DNA from: Oopsacas minuta
Taxonomy: Eukaryota; Animalia; Porifera
Direction: 5' to 3'
Length of the DNA: 20,705 nt
Assembly (NCBI GenBank): GCA_024704765.1
Contig: JAKMXF010000310.1
Span: 1,154,636 to 1,175,340, forward strand
In this document: positions 10,615 through 19,394 of the stretch, one piece after another
Layout: each line of letters starts with the position of its first letter
Numbering within the stretch: the first letter of the stretch is position 1
Notes under the pieces: generated by a model
The model's input: the letters and a program-made list of their open reading frames with translations, nothing else
What the model was told of the DNA's origin: nothing
Databases searched by the model: none
Position numbers and translations under genes: made by a program

Positions 10615-10677
10615 GCCCGCCGCATTCGCCTGAATGATGCCCTGATCCAGCTCCCCGGAACGGAAAACATGGATTAA
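10615..10677 (+). CDS. Candidate terminal exon of an unrecognised gene
   Basis: Strong acceptor tgacattcttctgcctttag|10615; GC-rich; only the phase-0 frame reads 20 codons: ARRIRLNDALIQLPGTENMD* (TAA 10675-10677). Confidence 0.3.
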   Translation, partial: ARRIRLNDALIQLPGTENMD

Positions 10678-10852
10678 ATTTAAAGAAATATGAGTATGAG
10701 GGATTATATTTGGTTGTGGCTACTGTTCTTGTACCTTGATCGTGTAAGTATACCCTGCAGTACCACTACAGGAATATAATATTTGTACAGCATTGAAAAT
10801 CCACCAATACAGCAATTTCAAGCAATATTATAACATTGCTGACTAAAAAGGT

Positions 10853-10895
10853 AAGGCATGAATAAGATTCGAACCCAGGACATTCAGGAAATTAG
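10853..10895 (-). other. tRNA/SINE-like Pol III B-box remnant
   Basis: The - strand reads gtcctgggttcgaatcttattc, containing the GGTTCGAATC T-loop/B-box. No cloverleaf or convincing A-box, so not called as a tRNA. Confidence 0.25.
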
Positions 10896-10906
10896 TGTAT
10901 CTATGC

Positions 10907-11016
10907 AACTTCTTGAATGAAAGAAACATTAAACATCTTTGATATACATATAATATTATGTAACTTCTTGATTGAAAGAAACATTAAACATCTTTGATAT
11001 ACATATAATATTATGA
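10907..11016. repeat. 55-bp tandem duplication
   Basis: aacttcttga(a/t)tgaaagaaacattaaacatctttgatatacatataatattatg(t/a) at 10907-10961 and 10962-11016; 2 differences. Confidence 0.95.
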
Positions 11017-12066
11017 AACCTCTTACATCAACTATAGCTATTTGCCCAACCATTAATTTTATCTAATTGATATTAATACTTTCAATAATATTCTGTGTTT
11101 ACTCCGTTTATTTCTTTATGCTTTATGCCTATTGTTTCTACAATTGTTAGAAATATAACTCCTTTCATTTCACAATTTATTATAGTATTTATATGGAGTA
11201 TTTCTTCTATTGAACAAATCTATAACTTATCACCATTCTATTCCTTTTGAAATCACAAAGGTTAGTTAACATATTATTCGTTCAATATTATTGTATATGC
11301 AGTACTTCGTAAGAATATCCCCACAATAAATTTTCTATTATCGTATTTACCTTAAAAAGCGCGGGGCTAGAAAACTCTCCAAAACTTGAGAATGCAAATT
11401 TCTCACCACCCTCTAGAAGAATTTGTTTAATGAAGTTAACGCCTCACCTGATTATGCAACACATTAGGATAATTATTTTCAAAAATCATTTGGATATCCA
11501 AAGAGTGTAAGAAAATTATACGAAAAATGTCCACGAAAATAATCACGCCCGGATCCCTATTCAGGAAATACGCTATTTCTATTACGTATTTAATTAAACC
11601 AAATTGGTGTGTGTGTTTGGCTATTTGTCCGATTTGTATTATTAATGGTAATAGTGAAATACAATGAATATTATCAATAGTGGGTTTGTATTTTTAATAG
11701 TAATAGTTATAAACTATTATAACCTAGTTTACATAATTTAGTTTATTTTCAGCTTCTATGAATAGAGCACAATTACATCTTGTTAGATTAGTTCAAAGGT
11801 TCTTACCTGAAACGACTCGTACCTACAAGGGAGACTAGCTTAATTCAGTTAATTTGTACTTTCAATACAATTTCAGTTGGGTCACTCATTTACTCTCTTG
11901 ATAATATTACTCTCTCAATACTTCGTCAGACTCAATTTATTAGTTGCAATTAGATTATATAGTGTTCAGTTGAATTGCAGGAATATAACATTTGTGCGAG
12001 CGATCAGGGGCTCCATGGCGCCGCTACAGAATAATTGGCGCCTCGCCACTTTCAAATAATTCAACA

Positions 12067-12422
12067 TCCAGGATGTGGGAACATTCCATAGTCAAATCCT
12101 AACCCCTTGTTCAAAGCCGCTAGGCGTGTTGAGTCTAGTTATTCACATATCGACCCTCGAAATGATCTTTTCACAAGATTTTACGGGATAGTCCCCCACG
12201 GCCTAATATTTCTTCAGTGCTTTTCACATATATCTTACGAATATATAGTGTCATCGTTCTCTCACTAAAACAGACGATGACACTATGTATTCGTAGGAAA
12301 TATGTGAAAAATTACCAAGAATATATTAGGCCGCGAGGGCCGATCCCTAAAATCCGTTGAACAAGGAATTACTTGATAGGGTTAGGACAAATTTTGAGAA
12401 TGGAATATTCCCATATTTCTGA
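12067..12422. mobile_element. ~355-bp near-palindromic foldback element (MULE-like long-TIR MITE)
   Basis: Arms meet at an 11-nt loop (12261-12271): ...ggcctaatatttcttcagtgcttttcacatatatcttacgaatatatagtgtcatcgttct | agacgatgacactatgtattcgtaggaaatatgtgaaaaattaccaagaatatattaggcc... Outer arms also match (gggaacattccat / atggaatattccc; tcctaaccc / gggttagga; cttgttcaa / ttgaacaag). Confidence 0.85.
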
Positions 12423-12631
12423 CACATTCCTGAAGCATTCTTGCGTTGCTTGGGAAAATATATTCAAGTGACCACTCAAACGTCGACATAATTGACAGAA
12501 TTAGCGTGATGTCATATACCACATATAATTTCAAACGCGAACTATGAAATGAAGATCAAAACCAAATTTATTTTCTTCCTAAAACAATGACCAGAATTCG
12601 GACCCATAAATCAGAAATATATTGTTATAAA

Positions 12632-12690
12632 TCTTAATTATTAAATCTCAATTATTGTCTGTTTCTTTGTTTGTCCGTTGTCAAGGAATG
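12632..12690 (+). mobile_element. Possible 5' end of a non-autonomous Helitron
   Basis: a|TCttaattattaaatctcaattattgtctgtttctttgtttgtccg resembles the TC-start, AT-rich, (TGTC/TGTT)n 5' region of invertebrate non-autonomous Helitrons; no 3' hairpin/CTRR located. Confidence 0.3.
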
Positions 12691-12779
12691 GATTTACACG
12701 TTAGGTGATCAGATATCAGTGCTACCAAGTATCTGTAAATTTACGTTGACTAAGTAAATTTGACTTATATCTAGTCTAG

Positions 12780-12943
12780 CAGGGTTTTATACAGAGGGAG
12801 CGCGCCCTGGGATCCCCAGAATTCTAAATATATGGGAATATGACATCAGTAACAATATGCATTATATTATTTACATGGGAAAGTGTTCTTTATAGGGTGT
12901 GATCAATCGTTTCCCCTAGCAAAAAATCATGTATGAAACCCTG
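12780..12943. mobile_element. 164-bp MITE with CAGGG termini (hAT-like)
   Basis: Left TIR cagggttttatacaga; the right TIR reverse-complements to cagggtttcatacatg (13/16 match); flanked on both sides by tctag. Confidence 0.75.
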
Positions 12944-13013
12944 TCTAGGAGTCCGAAAAAATAGGGGGTTGGAATCTGCAAGTATAGAATTTATAGAATA
13001 AATTACCTAAGTA

Positions 13014-13080
13014 CAGTTGTACCCCGATTAACTGCCACCTCGGAATAACGGCTCCTCGATTACCCAGCCACTTTTAAATA
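13014..13080 (+). mobile_element. pogo/Tigger-like left terminus
   Basis: TA|cagttgtaccccgattaactgccacctcggaataacggc: the TA-CAGT start and repeated CCTCG..TAA motifs are typical of pogo-type ends; partner end not found. Confidence 0.45.
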
Positions 13081-13785
13081 TCCCGTTTGAATTCCTATAG
13101 ACACGAGCCTTTGGCTCATCGCGAAGCGATGACCTCGGTGCATTGTGCCTCGAAGTATCCATTGTTCTCCAAATTGACGGCCCCTTTGAGCATAATAATA
13201 AAGATATATTTAGAACAAAGTAATTCACAAATGTACGTATATGGGATATATATTGTGAAAATATTTTGTAAGATCAATCTCCTTTCTAGCCGGTGAGGGC
13301 AAGTATCCACGTAAACTTTATATTAATAAAGCAACAATAAATTTACAAGAGATTCTTGAAAATGCGAAATTCTGGTTCAGCGTATTGTATTATCCTGTGT
13401 AGCCGTTTAGAGCAAGCCTCTATGCATATTTTGAAATTTGGCTAATTTGTTTACTTTATATTCATAAAAACAACAATAAATTGACATTTGATTAATCCCA
13501 AAGTGTGAAAATCTGATTCAGTATGTTCGATATATATACTGAAGTTTTATGAATTCTATTTACTTCCTTGATAAGCACGATAAATACATAGTTATGCGAC
13601 AATTTCAAAATTGAATATCGAGAAGATGTGATTATAGGAATAAATCTGATAAGGACAGCTAAATGTTTTTCTAGAAAGGGCCGAGGAAATGTTTTTGGTT
13701 TTCAACAGGAAACAAATACGTACCTTTTTTTAACCATATATTCAACTATTCGGCTGCGTCCCTAAAATCAATGAGGGTATAATAC

Positions 13786-13833
13786 CAGGGTCCTCAAACG
13801 GTGGCCCGCGAGAGCATTCACTGTGGTCCCCGC
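13786..13833 (+). mobile_element. Charlie-type hAT left terminus
   Basis: cagggtcctcaaacggtggcccgcg resembles Charlie/MER5-like CAGGGGTCCTCAAAC..GGCCCGCG ends; only a weak candidate right end near 14090-14109. Confidence 0.45.
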
Positions 13834-14905
13834 AAAATTTGCTTGTATTTTCATTATTCATGGAGAATATATATGCCTATATATATACAGTAGAATGGGA
13901 ACGCGAAATTTGTCCAACAGAAATTGGGTTGTGTACTACACATAGAGTTAGGAATTTATCTTGTTACCAATTTCGGAATTTGTCCTAAACTGTATTGAAG
14001 CCGAGAATATGAGCTTTAAGTACACTAATTGGATAGGTGTTGTGACTTTTCATGGTATTATCGTTAGATCCTGGCCCTGAGAGTTGGCTGCAAGTTTCCT
14101 TGACCCCCTACAAGTTGCTGAGGTTGTTTGTAACTCACTAATAACTTATTTTCTTGGATTATCTAACTAGAATGCATTTAGCCAAGAATATGAGCATTTA
14201 AGTACACTAGTAGGACAATTTCCTACATCTAGATTGATGTAGTACAAGTCCCGGAATTTTGTTTATTGACAAATTCCGGCTACCTAGTAGAATGTGTTAG
14301 TTCCCTTTAGTCAATTTATTGTGGAAATTTTTTATTATCCATGGTCCATTCAAATCCATTTAAGTACTTTTCGTGATGATACATGAGCTTCTTCGTCGCT
14401 TTTGATTTGTAATTTGGGCACTTCAAGCCTACAGTATTTTGAAGTTCCCACAACATCCAAATTCTGGAAAAGTCATGGGTTTATTACTTCATGATGACAG
14501 TTCAAAAACAGTCATCATGACGTTATAATCCTATGACGAGTTAGCATTTTGCCATAATCATGACGTCACGACATTTGGCATTTTGAGGGGTACCTGTGAT
14601 TCAAATTCAAACTTGTATCATGTTTATTGGCTGAGCAGTCGCTATTAAGGTGATTTTCAAAAATCCAAAGTTGTGACAATGACGTCATAATTTCGTAATT
14701 TGTGTGAATTTTCGTTCAAGACTCGAATTTGTCCTACCGGGCCCAATATACCCCTATTTATATCCCAAACATCATTCCTATGGTCTTCCAGTTCCTAGAA
14801 TCAATTTGAACATACAAACCATATATATATATATATCATACAGATTAATTATGTTTTTATAAAGCAATATAGATTTTTCTAGCTACCTAAATATTATTAC
14901 TTATA

Positions 14906-15577
14906 CAGTGAAACCTCTGGAATTGGGACATGCGGGATACTGGGAAAATTTCTGACTCCTCGATTGTAGATTTCAGTGTGTATTGTGTTAAAATCACCAT
15001 TTTCCGTGTATATGTAGTACATATTATGTTATACTATTGTTTCGTATTGCTAGTCACACTGTAACGTTAAAATATTTCATTCTGCTACATATTGCTTATC
15101 CTGAACACCTCTCTAAAGTGAAAATTTTGCTGGTTCCAAAGGTGTTCACTTTTTAGAGATTTTACTGTACTCGCATAATAGAATATTAATTTCCACGCTA
15201 AATTATGCCCATGAAGAAGGCTAGGAGAAGGCTATGTGGCAGAAAAGCTTCAGAAGCAGGCAAAGATTAGCCAGTTCTTCTCGCAATGTTAGTGTAGGTT
15301 CTGTGTAGCACATATTTACCCTCAGAGGCGGATTGAATTGATTTCTTGTTCACTTACGTAGCATTTATATTGTGTTTGATTCGATAGTTATTGCGAAAAT
15401 AAAAATTTATTGAGTTAATTTCAGTATTGATGCCCCGATTGCGTAGGTGATTTTAGTATTAGTTCTATGCAAGCTGAAAGAATTAGATTTTCAGGGTTTG
15501 CCCCGATTCCAGAGGTTCATTTGTATGGGAAAATATTTTCGCGAAATTCAAGTGCCCCGATTTCAGAGGTTTCATTG
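14906..15577. mobile_element. pogo/Tigger-like MITE complex: one left end, three right ends
   Basis: Left TA|cagtgaaacctctggaattgggac (14906). Right ends: agagattttactg|TA (15167), gccccgattccagaggttcatttg|TA (15523) and gccccgatttcagaggtttcattg|TA (15577). Confidence 0.75.
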
Positions 15578-15993
15578 TATATGGCCCGGGCGTCCTTTGA
15601 TTCTGGTGACTGAAGAATATCTCGTGTTCGCGAATTTCAGCACTCGAAAGTAACAAATTCACAGATTTATCATAAGATTAATTCATATCCTACTTAACAT
15701 AAGGCCTAACCCTACATGAAAGGATTTATCTACATGGTTTCTTTATTCCAGAAAGTGCATTTTCCTGAATAAATTTATTACATTTTTGTAAAACATTAAA
15801 TTTTATACAAATAAATGTTGAAATTTTTCAGGAATTTGTCAAAATATGTGTCTAGTAAGCATTTATTACTAAAATATATTATTCATGGATGCCTTGTAGA
15901 ACTTAAATATTGCATTTATCAACTCAAAGTGGAATTATCAAATATCTATAGATACTGTTATAGACAATATCAAAAATTACCATTCAAATATTT

Positions 15994-16360
15994 GCTGGTT
16001 GTTGAGTTATGGTAGAGACCATGGATGACGGATTTTAATGAATATTCAAGTATAACTCCGAATCATTAATATTATGGCATAATCAAATGGTCAATTAGAT
16101 CTTAACCCGACTTCTCATACCCGTGTAGTACATTTTGATATGATATCTCCACCAATGTAACGATGCCCATATGTGGTCATATTCAAGATTCCACTATACT
16201 CTTATTATTTCATAACAAACTGTATCATAATGTTATGGGATGTCGGGTATGTAGTATAAATTATCTAACATGATTTACCATTAATTTAACGATTATTGAG
16301 TTATAATTGAGTATTCATAAATATTGTCATCCATGGACTCTACCTAACTCAACAACGAGC
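15994..16360. mobile_element. 367-bp foldback element with ~125-bp TIRs (MULE-like MITE)
   Basis: Left gctggttgttgagttatggtagagaccatggatgacggattttaatgaatattcaagtataactc...; the right arm reverse-complements to gctcgttgttgagttaggtagagtccatggatgacaatatttatgaatactcaattataactc...; inner cccgacttctcata / tatgggatgtcggg also pair. No TSD found. Confidence 0.85.
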
Positions 16361-16873
16361 TAACCTTTGAATGAAAATTTATGACATTTTATATAAAAGT
16401 ATCTTTAGATCATTTCAATTATAGGGTAAATGCAATATTTAATGTTCTACGAGGCATCGAAGAATGAGATATTATTCGAAATATATGCTTTCTCATAATT
16501 TGACACATTCCTGAAATTTTTAGCATGTATTGGTGGAAAACTTGATGTTCTACAAATATGCAATATATTTAGGAAAAAATGCACATTTTCTACACTAAGG
16601 AAACAATGTATATATATGCTTTCAGCAAAAACTGCATCCCTGGCACTTTTACTTTTAGGCCTTAGTAGGCTATGATTAATCATATTTTCACATCCTTTGG
16701 AAATATTTTTTAATTTTGCTAGAGAAATAGTTTTAACTGCTAGTCAGGGATAAACGAGTTAAAGATTTCTGATGTCATATTTTCAATCTATGTCATATGA
16801 TTAATCATTACACAAACAACTAATCCTGAGCTGCACCTCCAGCCTGTCGGCTGGACACTTTTTCATTTTAGTC

Positions 16874-18156
16874 CAAGGGTTGTTCAATAAATAATGAGAC
16901 TTTTATAATAATTCATATAGTAAACCTATACTTCTCATAATTGATTATCAAATGTTTCGATAAATTCCCCCTTTAACTTTATACATCGTTTCCATCGCTC
17001 TGGTAACTTTTCTAGCCCAGTGGTATAGAATTCTTTAGGGGTCCCTTTTTCCCACTGTTTTATTTCATACTCCAGTCGTTTGAAATCCTCAAATCCTTCC
17101 CTCGAAGAGGTCTCTTCATCTCTCCAAACAGCCAGTAGTCGCTGGGAACCAGGTCTAGACTATACGGGGGATGAGGGGGCATTCGAATCCTAAGTCGTCA
17201 ATTGCAGCCATTGTCTTGGAGCTTACACGGGGCCTGCGTTGTCATGTTGCAGCAATACTCCACTTGTCAACTTGACTTGCCTCTCACGTTTAATCGCTTG
17301 ACGCAATTCTTTCAATTCGTCAACGTAATAATCACTGTTTATGGTGGTCTTCTCAGGCAACCTGTCGAAGTGTATAATTCCTTCCCTATCCCAAAATACT
17401 GTTGCCATTCTCTTCCCTGCTGATTTTGCGGCCTTTACCTTGGTGGGTACAGGTTCATCACGTCTCTTCCACTGCTTCGATTGAGTTTTGCTCTCTGGTT
17501 CATAATAATGAAACCAAGTTTCATCCCCATTACTATACAATCCAAAAAGTCTTCTTCTGCCTTGTATCTTGAAAGCAATTCTTTGCTAACTCTGACCCTT
17601 TCGCGTTTTTGTTCTTTTGAAAGCAGTTTTGGGACCCACGCGCAGCTACCTACGACATTTCCAGATCTTCAGTGATAGTCAAGTGTAGTGTGGCTTTTGA
17701 TATACCTACCCTCTCTTCTACTCTCGCAGGGTTATTCGTCTGTCTTCGATATTACTGCGGGTTTTGAGGAAGTCGGACGACCTGGACGAGGGTCATCGCG
17801 GAGTTCCTCATCGCCATTATCAAAACGTTCGATCCATCTATATATGGTGGCTTTCGAAGGACATTCATCACCGAAACTATCCTGCATTTCACGAAGAATG
17901 TATGAGCCAGTCTTCCTCTTTTTTCGCAGGTACCAAATTATTTGTCGTTTTCCTTCTTTGCTAAAATCCATTAGTTGAAAAACGTAGCCTATACAAATGA
18001 AACTTTATACTGAAGAATATGCTAGTAGAGTAAAGAGTATGTTGTATCGAAGTTAGACAATCAATTTAGGCTTGTAATCTGATATTAGGCTTAGAGCTGT
18101 ATTAACTAGAATATGAATTCGATACATTTGTCTCATTACTAATTGAACAATCCTTG
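16874..18156 (-). mobile_element. Full-length (1283 bp) mariner element, decayed
   Basis: 27-bp TIRs caagggttgttcaataaataatgagac (16874-16900) and gtctcattactaattgaacaatccttg (18130-18156), 24/27 match. TA follows the right end (18157-8); the left flank is TC (mutated TA). Encloses a mariner transposase pseudogene. Confidence 0.95.
16935..17971 (-). pseudogene. mariner (DD34D) transposase pseudogene
   Basis: ATG at 17971: MDFSKEGKRQIIWYLRK...PSKATIYRWIERF..GDEELRDDPRPGRP (HTH); RWVPKLL; GDETWFHYYEPESK; KRMATVFWDREG; LLQHDNA; HPPYSLDLVPSDYWLFGEMKRPLRG; LPERWKRCI..KGEFIE, stop at 16935-16937. Restoring two 1-nt deletions gives 34 residues between the second and third Asp. Several frameshifts. 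Confidence 0.92.
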
Positions 18157-18281
18157 TATTATACCAACTAATTCTATTTATTTTACCATTGACTCCAATT
18201 TTCGGGAACTAAATCAAACTTGGGTGGCGACTCCCTAGTTACCTTAATTGGTGGATATGGATTGTACATACGATTAATAAC

Positions 18282-18426
18282 CAGGGTTGCCGTGGGAATG
18301 GGAATCGTAGTTCTCCTATGGGAATTTCCATGGGATTTTCATAGGATTCCCACTTGGCAATTCCCATAGGATTCCTACACATCCTGTGGGAATGGGAATT
18401 GAAATTCCTCTCCCACGGCAACCCCG
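18282..18426. mobile_element. 145-bp hAT MITE with perfect 8-bp TSD
   Basis: TIRs cagggttgccgtggga / tcccacggcaaccccg (15/16 match); TSD ttaataac at 18274-18281 and 18427-18434. Confidence 0.95.
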
Positions 18427-18503
18427 TTAATAACCGCTTTTTTAATATTTATCTTATTCAGGATTTTCTCTATCTTAACAACACGCCTACAATCTGATTT
18501 ACC

Positions 18504-19394
18504 ATGCTTCTTCAAATATCATTCATGATATCTATACTTCTATGTTTTCATTATTCTGGTCTGTTCACTTTGGCACTAGGACAGCAGGGTGTTGATTATT
18601 CAATTGCTATTGAAAACTACAAACAATTCCATGCTTGTCGTGGAGAGATGGGAAATATGGGTAGTCGTGGTTTAAAAGGTGACAAGGGTATACCCGGACA
18701 GGATGGTGCTAATGCATTTTGTTTACCTTGTGCTGGTGAAAACGGTACCAGAGGAAGGGATGGAGATCCAGGTGAACAGGGTGATGTTGGTCAAATAGGG
18801 TCTCCAGGTTTTCCTGGGGATAGAGGTCCCAATGGTCAACTTGGTATTAATGGGGAACAAGGTGATACAGGTTCTAAAGGTATTCAAGGCCCTATTGGAA
18901 TTGATGGAGTTGTAGGACAAACTGGTTCACGTGGAGTAATGGGAGGACCAGGTGTGCCTGGTCCAAAGGGTAGGAGTGGTCTGTCTGGTGGTGCTGGGGA
19001 ACCTGGCGATATAGGAAATGAAGGTAACGTTGATCAGGGAGTTTCTGGTCAAAAAGGAGATGTCGGCGCCAAGGGTGAAAGGGGACCAAGAGGAGTCCAG
19101 GGCCTCATTGGGGATGATGGCGAAAGAGGTAACGATGGAATTATTGGAGCTCGAGGTGATAGAGGTGCTATTGGACTTACTGGTGACAATGGGGTGAAAG
19201 GTGATTTTGGGCATGCTATTGAGATTCGTGAACTAACTAATTCTACATTGGATTGTAGTCAAGAAGGTCATCAAGGGATTATGTATTATGATAGCTCAAG
19301 GGGAGATCTTTACTTTTGCAAATGGGACTCCAGGAGAAACCAAGGATCTTGGAGATGCATTGAAAAAATCGATTGTATTGGAGATATTCCTTAA
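18504..19394 (+). CDS. Secreted short-chain collagen (296 aa), intronless CDS, small Cys-rich C-terminal domain
   Basis: Hydrophobic signal peptide (aa 1-26, ...TLALG|QQ); Gly-X-Y blocks of 8 (aa 47-70), 33 (78-176) and 20 (179-238) triplets, interrupted by AFCLPCA and DQ; 58-aa non-collagenous tail with 4 Cys; uninterrupted ATG-to-TAA frame. Confidence 0.93.
   Translation: MLLQISFMISILLCFHYSGLFTLALGQQGVDYSIAIENYKQFHACRGEMGNMGSRGLKGDKGIPGQDGANAFCLPCAGENGTRGRDGDPGEQGDVGQIGSPGFPGDRGPNGQLGINGEQGDTGSKGIQGPIGIDGVVGQTGSRGVMGGPGVPGPKGRSGLSGGAGEPGDIGNEGNVDQGVSGQKGDVGAKGERGPRGVQGLIGDDGERGNDGIIGARGDRGAIGLTGDNGVKGDFGHAIEIRELTNSTLDCSQEGHQGIMYYDSSRGDLYFCKWDSRRNQGSWRCIEKIDCIGDIP

Noticed and set aside
10853-10910. 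tRNA gene
   Set aside because: Only a B-box/T-loop is present; no acceptor stem, D-arm or anticodon arm can be folded.
16838-16855. GC hairpin tccagcc-tgtc-ggctgga followed by T-run, as a Rho-independent terminator or Helitron 3' end
   Set aside because: The eukaryotic context makes a bacterial terminator irrelevant, and no CTRR terminus follows at the expected distance.
17202-17978. + strand ORFs over the mariner
   Set aside because: Antisense to the transposase; not independent genes.
18723-19214. Three - strand ORFs within the collagen
   Set aside because: Antisense shadows of Gly-X-Y codon periodicity.
18504-19394. Assigning a named collagen gene or a specific host species
   Set aside because: The architecture does not match a vertebrate COL type, and composition alone cannot identify the organism; a sponge or other non-bilaterian origin is only a guess.
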